Positions 1-8,047 of a stretch of 40,617 nt of DNA are shown here, piece after piece; position 1 is the first letter of the stretch, and every line of letters begins with the position of its first letter. The DNA is from Bacteroidota bacterium (GTDB lineage: Bacteria > Bacteroidota > Bacteroidia > Chitinophagales > Saprospiraceae): NCBI GenBank assembly GCA_039804385.1, contig JBDLWG010000426.1, forward strand, positions 1-40,617. Reading direction: 5' to 3'. The position numbers and the translations under genes were made by a program. Under the pieces are notes generated by a model that was given only the letters and a program-made list of their open reading frames with translations, was not told the origin of the DNA and did no database searches.

Positions 1-14
1 ATAAATCATTGAAT

Positions 15-1295
15 ATGAATATTTTAATACTCGGAGGTGGCGGACGTGAACACGCCTTAGCTTGGAAAATGAAGCAAAGTCCGCTTTGCAGAAATATATT
101 CATTGCCCCCGGCAATGGCGGAACCTCTGCACATGGAACCAATGTCCCTATCCCTATCAACGATTTTGAAAAAATTAAAAAATTTGTTTTAAAAATCGGT
201 ATTGGAATGGTGGTGGTGGGGCCAGAAGAACCTTTGGTACGCGGGATTTGGGATTTTTTCAAAGCCGATGAAGCCTTAAAACAGATTGCCATCATTGCGC
301 CGTCGAAAGCGGGTGCGCAATTGGAAGGCAGCAAGGCTTTCGCCAAACAATTTATGGCAGAAGCCAAGATTCCAACGGCGGCTTATTGCGAAGTGAACGA
401 TTATCAACAAGGCGTGGATTTTTTGAAAACCCAAAAACCGCCGTATGTATTGAAAGCCGATGGATTGGCAGCAGGAAAAGGCGTATTGATAATCAATGAG
501 TTACGCGAAGCAGAACGCGAATTAAAAGCCATGTTGGATGGGAAATTTGGTGCGGCAAGCTCCAAAGTGGTGATTGAAGCCTTTTTGAAAGGGATTGAAT
601 TTTCCGTTTTTGTGTTGACGGATGGTTCCAATTATAAAATTTTGCCAGTTGCAAAAGACTATAAAAGAGTGGGCGAAGGCGATACAGGTTTGAATACGGG
701 CGGGATGGGCGCGGTTTCGCCTGTACCTTTTGTCGATAAAACGATGATGGCGAAGGTGGAAGAACGCATCATTATTCCAACAATTCAGCATTTAAAAACA
801 AGAAATATTATTTATAAAGGCTTCATTTTCATTGGTTTGATTAGTGTAGAAGGCGAACCTTTTGTAATTGAGTACAATTGTCGATTGGGCGACCCTGAAT
901 CAGAAGTCGTGATTCCGCGTTTGCGCAATGATTTGGTCAAATTGTTTGATTTGTTGGATAAAGGGCGATTGGCAGAGGCGAGCATTTTGCAAGACCGTCG
1001 GACGGCTACAACCGTCATGTTGACGGCGGGCGGCTATCCGAATGATTATAAAAAAGGCGATGTGATTACCAATATCCCGAAAAATGAGTCGGCATTGGTA
1101 TTTCACGCGGGTACACACCCGCTGCCTGATGGCAAATTGGTTACAAATGGCGGACGCGTCATAGCGGTGACGGCTTTGGGGACGGATATTGAATCCGCAT
1201 TGGCGATTTCCAATCAAGTGGCGCAACAAATTCAGTTTGAAAATAAGTATTATCGAACGGATATTGGCTTAGATTTATTAATGGAAAAAGTGTAG
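15..1295 (+). CDS. purD: phosphoribosylamine--glycine ligase (GAR synthetase)
   Basis: The N-terminus MNILILGGGGREHALAWK and the ATP-grasp body (KADGLAAGKGV, IEYNCRLGDPE, GGRV) are classic PurD. The track ORF opens at a TTG at 9, but the ATG at 15 gives the usual N-terminus. Confidence 0.95.
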   Translation: MNILILGGGGREHALAWKMKQSPLCRNIFIAPGNGGTSAHGTNVPIPINDFEKIKKFVLKIGIGMVVVGPEEPLVRGIWDFFKADEALKQIAIIAPSKAGAQLEGSKAFAKQFMAEAKIPTAAYCEVNDYQQGVDFLKTQKPPYVLKADGLAAGKGVLIINELREAERELKAMLDGKFGAASSKVVIEAFLKGIEFSVFVLTDGSNYKILPVAKDYKRVGEGDTGLNTGGMGAVSPVPFVDKTMMAKVEERIIIPTIQHLKTRNIIYKGFIFIGLISVEGEPFVIEYNCRLGDPESEVVIPRLRNDLVKLFDLLDKGRLAEASILQDRRTATTVMLTAGGYPNDYKKGDVITNIPKNESALVFHAGTHPLPDGKLVTNGGRVIAVTALGTDIESALAISNQVAQQIQFENKYYRTDIGLDLLMEKV

Positions 1296-1321
1296 GTGAA
1301 ATTGGAACAAATTATAATAAA

Positions 1322-1858
1322 ATGGAAAGTAATTTTGGTTGGTTTGAAATCATTGTAGGGGTTGTTGGCGGTGCTTTTTTGTATTTTTACAAACTAAAGT
1401 CTGATGCAAAGGCTTCTAACAATGAACCTGCGGAAGATTTTAGTCGTTTAGCACCGATTTTGCAGCCGATGCGTTTGCGGGTTGATGCGAAAGGAGATGG
1501 ACATTTTGGAGCTTCGCGCACAGGACATGCACACGCAGGTGCGGATTTTTTATGTAAAAAAGGTCAAATTGTGCTTGCGCCGATGAGTGGACTCATTGTG
1601 CGTCAAGGCGTTGCGTATTCCAATGATGTAACCTATAAAGTGGTGGTATTGAGCAATCCGAATGGATATGAAGTTAAAATGATGTATTGCACGACTGATA
1701 AAGTGGGGCAACAAGTTAAGCGCGGCGAGCCGATTGCGATTTGTCAAGCGATTGCAGAAAAATATGGTGCGCCGATGCAGAATCATATTCACCTCGAAAT
1801 CCGAAAAAAGGGTGAATTATTAAATCCAATGGATTATATGGATTGCGAGAATGTTTAA
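1322..1858 (+). CDS. M23 (LytM-type) metallopeptidase domain protein with N-terminal TM anchor
   Basis: Has an HxxxD motif (HAHAGAD) and an HxH motif (HIHLEIRKKGELLNP), typical of peptidase M23. The N-terminus is hydrophobic (FGWFEIIVGVVGGAFLYF). Confidence 0.8.
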   Translation: MESNFGWFEIIVGVVGGAFLYFYKLKSDAKASNNEPAEDFSRLAPILQPMRLRVDAKGDGHFGASRTGHAHAGADFLCKKGQIVLAPMSGLIVRQGVAYSNDVTYKVVVLSNPNGYEVKMMYCTTDKVGQQVKRGEPIAICQAIAEKYGAPMQNHIHLEIRKKGELLNPMDYMDCENV

Positions 1859-1882
1859 GTTAATCCGTTTTAGTGAAAAAAG

Positions 1883-1999
1883 TTATCCACATTTTATGTT
1901 AATAACTTTAAACAGGAAAAGCACCTAATTCATTGTTGTTCAATGATTTAGGTGCAATTTTGTTATTAAAACAAAAAGTTATCCACATAGTTATCCACA
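1883..1999 (+). promoter_or_regulatory. cluster of three perfect DnaA boxes (TTATCCACA) in one orientation
   Basis: Exact TTATCCACA occurs at 1883-1891, 1979-1987 and 1991-1999. Each sits in the same context, AAAAAGTTATCCACAT. I saw no other perfect copy in the window. Confidence 0.6.
1921..1966 (+). terminator. intrinsic terminator downstream of the M23 peptidase gene
   Basis: GCACCTAATTCATTG-TTGTT-CAATGATTTAGGTGC forms a 15-bp stem with one mismatch. It is followed by the T-rich AATTTTGTTATT. Confidence 0.6.
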
Positions 2000-2152
2000 T
2001 TTTCTTGAAAAATGCTTCAAAAAAAAGAATGGGGTTTTAGGTAACAGTCGAACCATTTCTTATGATGCTTCGTATAAGGCAAGTTTTTTAATTATATTAA
2101 AAACCTGCATGCAACATCTTAATAAAAATCATGCCAAATTCAAAAAAGCATC

Positions 2153-2191
2153 GTAGGTTTCGGAAACCTTCAAGGTTTCCGAAACCTACGC
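2153..2191. repeat. palindromic hairpin between convergent genes
   Basis: The sequence is CGTAGGTTTCGGAAACCTTCAAGGTTTCCGAAACCTACG. An outer pairing GCATCGTAG (2148-2156) / CTACGATGC (2200-2208) is also possible. Confidence 0.6.
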
Positions 2192-2295
2192 AGTTCCCGA
2201 CTACGATGCGTATGCATAAAAAAAACGCTTTATCGGCGAACCGACAAAACGCTTTGATATGTGAAAAATGACACTCAGTGTTTCTTTGGTTCCTT

Positions 2296-3003
2296 TTAAT
2301 TTTTAGCAGGTTTCGCCTTTCTATCAGACGCTACATTAGAATTGGAATCCATATCTTCCCGCGTTTTGCGCAAAACAAGGGTTTCTTCTTCCTTATCCCG
2401 AACCAAAACCAATTTGTAAATGCCTTCTGGAAAACCTTTCATGTCGATAGCAACCGTATTCAAGCCATTGATAAGGCGTTGTGTGCGTTGCATGACGGTT
2501 TGGTTTTGCGTGTTTTTGACCAAGCAAGTCAATTCACCTTCCGCCGCCGCGTCCAATGTCACTTCAAAACCTTTGTTAGAAGCCTCTGACGACATTTTAA
2601 CGACAACCATTTGATTTTCCATCACTTTTTTGACCGAAATCGGGTCTGTGTGACTCGCTGTACCATCATTATCGACTTGTTTCAAGCGATAATAGATTTT
2701 TTGACCATTGGCAGCAGCATCCAAAAAGTTGTAAGCCTTCGCTTTACGGGAAGTACCCGCGCCGCGCACCGTTCCAACTTGTTGAAAATCAATGCCATTC
2801 TCAGAACGCTCCACCGTAAAAACGGAATTATTCGTTTCGGTCGAAGTCCCCCAAGTCAACATCACGCCTACGCCAAACTCTTGACCCGTCAAGACTTTTT
2901 CATATACGCAATCCGCTTGTGCAGTTGGGTTTGCGGTGAAAGCAGCCGCTAACATCAAAAATGCTTTGCCCAAACGGGCGAACGAGTGGTTCGTTGTTCT
3001 CAT
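2296..3003 (-). CDS. secreted hypothetical protein (signal peptide; beta-rich)
   Basis: Signal-peptide-like N-terminus (LGKAFLMLAAAFTANPTAQA). The C-terminal part (GIYKLVLV...) loosely resembles a T9SS-type sorting domain. No catalytic motif recognised. Confidence 0.55.
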   Translation of the reverse strand: MRTTNHSFARLGKAFLMLAAAFTANPTAQADCVYEKVLTGQEFGVGVMLTWGTSTETNNSVFTVERSENGIDFQQVGTVRGAGTSRKAKAYNFLDAAANGQKIYYRLKQVDNDGTASHTDPISVKKVMENQMVVVKMSSEASNKGFEVTLDAAAEGELTCLVKNTQNQTVMQRTQRLINGLNTVAIDMKGFPEGIYKLVLVRDKEEETLVLRKTREDMDSNSNVASDRKAKPAKN

Positions 3004-3364
3004 ATTTTAGGTTTTTGAATGATGAACTACAATGGTTTTGATATGTTTGATAACGTTTTAGGTTACAATCGGTTTTGTTAAAAAAAAGTGTTTTGATTCG
3101 GTTGCTACGGTGCAAACATCGCGCCGACAGGAATTTTTGTTTCACTGAATTTTTGATTTTTGTGACGTTAAATCAACGTTAAAAGGTATTAAAGTCTTCT
3201 TAAAAACGGGTTTTGGTTGTTTTTTGGGCTTAATTTAGCGTTCTATTGGAAGTATTTCATTTTTTGACGGTATGAAATGCTGTTTTAAAAATCCTTTTAG
3301 AGGACAATCTTTGTTTTTCAATCTTTTGTTTTTCAATGGATTATAACTTTAAAAAAATAATTTT

Positions 3365-3910
3365 ATGAAAATTTTGAATACGCTTATGAGTATGGCTTTG
3401 ATAGCTTGTCTTGGCACAAGTTGCAGCCCTGTTTTACACCCTTTTACCGCCAATACATTGCACGATGTGAGCAATTCGGACGATAATTTGAAGAAAATTC
3501 AATTTTATCTCTCCGAAGATGTGGTGATTTACCGCGATGCAACCCATGCAAAAGGTGACATTATTGCTGGAAAAATTAAAATCGTGCAAGGGCGCGAAGT
3601 GGAAGAAGTGCGGATTCGCAGAGGTACACCTGGCGTGTTTTTATTTCGCGTGAAGGATGATAAATTTGCGGTGAGTTTCGATGAAGGCAGTGATAAACGC
3701 TATTTGACTTTCGGACCGAATCCAAAACGCGGTGGAACGTATGTTTTATTGGCAACGGATTGGCAAGATAGACAAGGCAAAGTGCATTATGACGATAAAG
3801 TGTATTGGGCGGCGGGCGCGAGTGCTTTTGCGGCTTTGATGGTGGATTTGGATAAAGTGCGGAAAACAGAAACCTTATCGCGGGTTGCAGGCGGACGAAA
3901 AATACAATAA
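3365..3910 (+). CDS. hypothetical lipoprotein
   Basis: N-terminal signal with a lipobox-like LIAC/GTSC. No recognisable domain. Confidence 0.6.
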   Translation: MKILNTLMSMALIACLGTSCSPVLHPFTANTLHDVSNSDDNLKKIQFYLSEDVVIYRDATHAKGDIIAGKIKIVQGREVEEVRIRRGTPGVFLFRVKDDKFAVSFDEGSDKRYLTFGPNPKRGGTYVLLATDWQDRQGKVHYDDKVYWAAGASAFAALMVDLDKVRKTETLSRVAGGRKIQ

Positions 3911-3995
3911 TTTGCAGATTATGATACCATTGGAACGCGGATAATGCGTTCCAATAGTGTCCATTTAAGTAGTTAAAATTTAAATACCCGACAAC

Positions 3996-4028
3996 AACGT
4001 TTGGAGGGTTTTAAACCCTCCAAACGTT
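3996..4028. repeat. REP-like hairpin, TTTGGAGGGTTT-AAACCCTCCAAA family (copy 1)
   Basis: AACGTTTGGAGGGTTTTAAACCCTCCAAACGTT lies between convergent genes. It probably acts as a bidirectional terminator. Confidence 0.7.
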
Positions 4029-4051
4029 ATACTATCTTGAAAATCAACTAC

Positions 4052-5155
4052 TTATTCAAATAATATATTATAATTTGTCGTTCTGCCACCTGCATCTTCT
4101 TTTTTCAATATCTTTTTTTGGATTAAATCTTGAATATCGCGCAATGCCGTGTCATTAGAACTTTTTGTCATTTTAGCCCATTTCGCCGCCGTTAATTTCC
4201 CTTCAAAAACGCCCAAAAGTTTGTTCAACATCATTATTTGGCGTTGATTGAGGATGGTCTTAGCCTGTTTATCCCAGAAACGCGCTTTTTGCAAAACCCG
4301 ATTCAAAATAACCTCACTGTCTTGCAAGGCGATGTTTAGACAGGCCAAAAACCATAAAAGCCATTCGGTTAGATCCAAATCACCCTTTTGCGTTTTTTCC
4401 AAAATCTGGTAATATTGTTTGCGTTGCAACTGAATTTGAGCCGACATACTGTAAAAACGTTGCAAAACACCATCTGCTTTGGACAATTGCATATCCGCAA
4501 TCGCCCGCGCCATCCGTCCATTCCCATCCTCAAAAGGATGAATCGTCACAAACCAAAGATGCGCAATGCCTGCCTTTAAAATCGGATCCAGTACCTGTGT
4601 TCCATTAAACCATTGCAAAAAAAGACTCATTTCGGATTCCAATCTATCGGCAGCAGGGGCTTGAAAATGCACTTGCTCCTGCCCGAATGCGCCCGAAACG
4701 ACTTGCATCGCGCCCTTTTCATCTTTTCGCCACTGTGCAACTGCTATTTTATACATGCCACTTCTGCCTGTCGGGAACAATGCCGCATGCCAATCGAACA
4801 ACCGTTCACTCGTCAAGGGGCTTTGAGTGTTTTGAGTTGCGTCCAACATCATTTGCACGACTCCTTCGATATGCCTATCCGAAGGAATCAAACCATGAAT
4901 TTCCATACCCAATTGCCGCGCAATCGAAGAACGTACTTGCTCAGGTTGCAAAAATTGCCCTTCAATTTCATTGGTTTTGACAATATCGACCGTCAATGTT
5001 TCCAAAAAAGCCTCTTGTTGGAAGGCAAAACCAAGCATTGACATCTTGCTAATGAGTTTTCCTTGCAAATAGCGGACCGTACTTAATGGCGTAATCAAGG
5101 CATTATTGTCCCATGAAAAAGTTGCCCAATTTTTTTGTTGATGAATGTAGCGCAT
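4052..5155 (-). CDS. Fic family protein (class II, auto-inhibited AMPylase-type) with C-terminal wHTH-like tail
   Basis: Fic active-site motif HPFEDGNGRMARA. There is an upstream inhibitory-helix motif [S/T]xxxE[G/N] = TNEIEG. The N-terminus MRYIHQQKNWATFSWDN is typical of Fic proteins with an N-terminal DUF4172-type domain. The track ORF extends to 5224, but that extension is encoded by a palindromic hairpin. Confidence 0.85.
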   Translation of the reverse strand: MRYIHQQKNWATFSWDNNALITPLSTVRYLQGKLISKMSMLGFAFQQEAFLETLTVDIVKTNEIEGQFLQPEQVRSSIARQLGMEIHGLIPSDRHIEGVVQMMLDATQNTQSPLTSERLFDWHAALFPTGRSGMYKIAVAQWRKDEKGAMQVVSGAFGQEQVHFQAPAADRLESEMSLFLQWFNGTQVLDPILKAGIAHLWFVTIHPFEDGNGRMARAIADMQLSKADGVLQRFYSMSAQIQLQRKQYYQILEKTQKGDLDLTEWLLWFLACLNIALQDSEVILNRVLQKARFWDKQAKTILNQRQIMMLNKLLGVFEGKLTAAKWAKMTKSSNDTALRDIQDLIQKKILKKEDAGGRTTNYNILFE

Positions 5156-5184
5156 GTTCTTTTTTTTAATGCGGCAAATATACG

Positions 5185-5217
5185 CCTTAATCTCCGCAAA
5201 ATTTGCGGAGATTAAGG
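5185..5217. terminator. perfect 16-bp-stem hairpin separating the SRPBCC gene from fic
   Basis: The sequence is CCTTAATCTCCGCAAA-A-TTTGCGGAGATTAAGG, immediately 3' of the SRPBCC stop codon. Confidence 0.55.
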
Positions 5218-5227
5218 GATTCATTCG

Positions 5228-5677
5228 TTAAAAAAGGGTTTTTAATTGTTGGGTGCGGTACTCGAAAATGGCTTTCACACGCGGTTCTATAAACCATTTG
5301 TTGATAATCGGCTCTAAAAACCAACCGGGCGATAGAAATTGAACGCGGTCGGTCATTAAAACATGGTCGCCTTTGTCTTCAAATCGGTGTTCGTGATGCC
5401 AAATTCGATAGGGACCCGATTCTTGTTCGTCCACAAATCGATAGGGCGGTTCATAAGCCGTAATCCGAGTGCGCCACTTGAAGGGGATGCCCGAAAGTTT
5501 GATTTTGTAATCAATTTGCGCCCCTTTCTGCATGTTTATTGGCAGTGGAGTCATGATTTTGAACTCCAATTCTGGCGGCGTGAGCTTATTCAAATTCTCG
5601 GCACGACTAAAAAAATCAAAAACTTCTGACAAAGGGCGATTTAAACGCGTTACAGTTTCTAAAATATGTATTGCCAT
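5228..5677 (-). CDS. SRPBCC (START/Bet v1-like) superfamily protein
   Basis: At 149 aa, the N-terminal pattern (PLSEVFDFFSRAENLNKLTPP) and the later WHHEHRFE segment resemble SRPBCC/cyclase-dehydrase family proteins. Call is by recollection only. Confidence 0.55.
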   Translation of the reverse strand: MAIHILETVTRLNRPLSEVFDFFSRAENLNKLTPPELEFKIMTPLPINMQKGAQIDYKIKLSGIPFKWRTRITAYEPPYRFVDEQESGPYRIWHHEHRFEDKGDHVLMTDRVQFLSPGWFLEPIINKWFIEPRVKAIFEYRTQQLKTLF

Positions 5678-5954
5678 AATTGATTGTAATTCAATCGTTT
5701 AAAAATAAAATATTATAAGTATGATAGCGTTTGAAGGATTTTGAAATCTTCCAAATGGTAAATACACACACTTAAAAGGAGTAAAATGCTAAATCCTAAT
5801 CAAATCTTTTTTTCACACCTTGTTTTTTGAGGTTATTTGAGTTTACAATGGTACAAAGTTAGGGATAAAAATCGACCCACTTGCCCAAATAGATTTTTAG
5901 GTTGCACATCCCTTGTGTACTCTTTTTGCTTTTCAATTTCAAACGAAAGCAGTG

Positions 5955-5987
5955 GAAAAAAGTGCGGCAAGTTACAACTTGCCGCAC
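5955..5987 (-). terminator. intrinsic terminator of purA
   Basis: GTGCGGCAAGTT-AC-AACTTGCCGCAC forms the stem. On the minus strand it is followed by TTTTTT (the A-run at 5956-5961 on the plus strand). Confidence 0.8.
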
Positions 5988-6032
5988 TTTGAAGATGCGG
6001 AAACTAAAAATCGACCAATAAAGTGGGGCGAT

Positions 6033-7325
6033 TTAAAAAATTTCAAAATGCTTAGGCAATGTAATCAATTTTTCCCGTTCTGGACCTGTTGAAACGATGG
6101 TAATCGGAACGCCCAAATACGCCGCAATTTTATCCAAAAACGCAACCGCCTGTTTTGGCAAATCCTCTAAATGCGTGATGCCTTCCAACGATTGTTCCCA
6201 ACCTTTTACGGTTTCATAGACGGGTTCCACAGGGATTTCCGTTATATCATACGGCAAATCCGTATGTGTATCTCCTTGATACTTATAACGTGTCGCCAAT
6301 CGAATGCCTGATAAACTGTTTAAAACATCCATTTTAGTCACCCCGATTTGCGTCACTCCATTCAACATGATGGCATATTTCAATTGAGGCAAATCAATCC
6401 AACCACATCGCCGCGCACGCCCTGTCGTCGAACCAAATTCTGCCCCTTCTTTGCGCAAAAACGCGCCCATACTATCGTTCAATTCCGTCGGAAACGGGCC
6501 TGAACCGACCCGCGTACAATACGCTTTCGTGATGCCAATCACTTCGCCCACCGCCGTCGGCGCAACGCCAAGACCACTACATACGCCCGCCGTAATCGTA
6601 TTGGAAGAAGTTACAAACGGATAAGTGCCAAAATCGACATCCAGCATGGAGCCTTGCGCCCCTTCCGCCAAAACGCGTTTACCTTCACGCAAAGCATCAT
6701 TGATATAGTATTCACAATCAATGAGTTGCAACGATTTTAAGGTTTCCAACGAAGAAAACCATTTAGCTTCTTCTGCTTCTAATGGAAAATCATATAACGC
6801 AGGATATATTTTTAATAATTCTAAATGCTTGTTTTTCAATCGATTATACTTATCCAAGAAATTGGGTAACAAAATGTCGCCAACCCGCAAACCATTACGC
6901 CCCGTCTTATCCATGTAAGTAGGTCCAATCCCTTTCAACGTAGAACCAATTTTTTCTTTGCCTTTCATCGATTCACTCGCTGCGTCTAACAAACGGTGTG
7001 TGGGCAAAATCAAATGTGCTTTTTTCGCCACAAACAAACGTTTCAAAAACGAAACTCCTGTTTCTTTCAATAAATGCAATTCTTTTTCGACGGTAATCGG
7101 GTCAATCACCACCCCATTTCCAATCACATTTATCAAGTTTTCCCGAAAAATACCAGATGGAATGGTATGCAATACATACTTTTTACCACCAAATTTTAAC
7201 GTATGTCCCGCATTCGGACCGCCTTGAAACCTTGCCACGATGTCATAACGCGGCGCGAGATAATCCACAATTTTACCTTTTCCTTCGTCGCCCCATTGGA
7301 GACCAAGTAATACATCTACTTTCAT
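6033..7325 (-). CDS. purA: adenylosuccinate synthase
   Basis: MKVDVLLGLQWGDEGKGKIVD P-loop, GIGPTY and GTTGRARRCGW motifs. Full length, 430 aa. Confidence 0.97.
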   Translation of the reverse strand: MKVDVLLGLQWGDEGKGKIVDYLAPRYDIVARFQGGPNAGHTLKFGGKKYVLHTIPSGIFRENLINVIGNGVVIDPITVEKELHLLKETGVSFLKRLFVAKKAHLILPTHRLLDAASESMKGKEKIGSTLKGIGPTYMDKTGRNGLRVGDILLPNFLDKYNRLKNKHLELLKIYPALYDFPLEAEEAKWFSSLETLKSLQLIDCEYYINDALREGKRVLAEGAQGSMLDVDFGTYPFVTSSNTITAGVCSGLGVAPTAVGEVIGITKAYCTRVGSGPFPTELNDSMGAFLRKEGAEFGSTTGRARRCGWIDLPQLKYAIMLNGVTQIGVTKMDVLNSLSGIRLATRYKYQGDTHTDLPYDITEIPVEPVYETVKGWEQSLEGITHLEDLPKQAVAFLDKIAAYLGVPITIVSTGPEREKLITLPKHFEIF

Positions 7326-7348
7326 ATTTTATTGATAATTAATGGTTT

Positions 7349-8047
7349 TCAAATACTTTTATTTTTAATATTTTTATTAAGCTCCGCACAAAACGCCAAA
7401 AAATAAGCAAAAGATGGAATGTCATTTGTTTTTACCGTTCTTTGGATTAATTGATGTAAATATGCTTTTTCTGTAACGCTTCGAGGATTTTTCTTTGTAT
7501 ATTGAATATTGCGTTCAGATAATAGTTCTTTCAAATAACATTCGTGAAATTGGGCTGTTGTTTCAAATTCATCAAAATTAGGCATCCGTTCAGGGTCTTG
7601 TTTAGACACATCATAAAAATTTATGTATGTACGTAAATCAGGGCTATGTGGATTTCTTTTGAAAACTTTTGTATTGCCCAAAAGCCATGTTTCAATACAT
7701 TTATTTTGAATGATTAGGATAAATTGAGTTTTTTCCATAAGCACAACCCTTTGCGAAGTCATAAAATCCATCACTTCCTGTTTCCGTTCTTCAACAGAAG
7801 CCTCATCCGAATCCAGACAGATTACAAAATAATCGAAATTACCCATCTCATTCACATCACAAATGGCATTCGTAAGATGATTGTGAAGCAAAGACGGGAA
7901 CCCATTACCACTAAACATATAATAGTTATTGGAGACCGCTTTATGAGGGTCATCCACTTCCATTAAGAGTGGAACCAGTTCAGCAAGCCATTTAGGATAG
8001 ACTTTTTTCTCGGTTCTCTTGCCTTCTACTAAAAAATACACGTTCAT
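7349..8047 (-). CDS. RloB-like / Toprim-like protein (AbiLii-like partner of the upstream ATPase)
   Basis: N-terminal FLVEGKRTEKKVY matches the EGxxTE pattern of RloB. Also has an acidic DxD (ICLDSDE, D79/D81) and QNKCIETWLLGN, which resembles the RloB SNPcFElWlLlH segment. Its start overlaps the ATPase stop codon in an ATGA. Confidence 0.7.
   Translation of the reverse strand: MNVYFLVEGKRTEKKVYPKWLAELVPLLMEVDDPHKAVSNNYYMFSGNGFPSLLHNHLTNAICDVNEMGNFDYFVICLDSDEASVEERKQEVMDFMTSQRVVLMEKTQFILIIQNKCIETWLLGNTKVFKRNPHSPDLRTYINFYDVSKQDPERMPNFDEFETTAQFHECYLKELLSERNIQYTKKNPRSVTEKAYLHQLIQRTVKTNDIPSFAYFLAFCAELNKNIKNKSI

Noticed and set aside
404-1229. Antisense or out-of-frame track ORFs inside well-supported genes. 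Examples are 404-631, 522-791, 812-1018 and 900-1229 in purD. The same pattern occurs inside fic, purA, the transporter-like gene, the SPOR/anti-sigma genes, GH3, iorB and the beta-helix gene.
   Set aside because: These are shadow ORFs opposite or overlapping genes with unambiguous family signatures. Their translations are low-complexity or biased (R/F/I-rich) and carry no motifs.
2130-2270. Small, highly basic ORF of about 46 codons (MPNSKKHRRFRKPSRFPKPT...)
   Set aside because: Its sequence is dictated by the palindromic hairpin at 2153-2191, so it is a translation artefact of a structured intergenic element.
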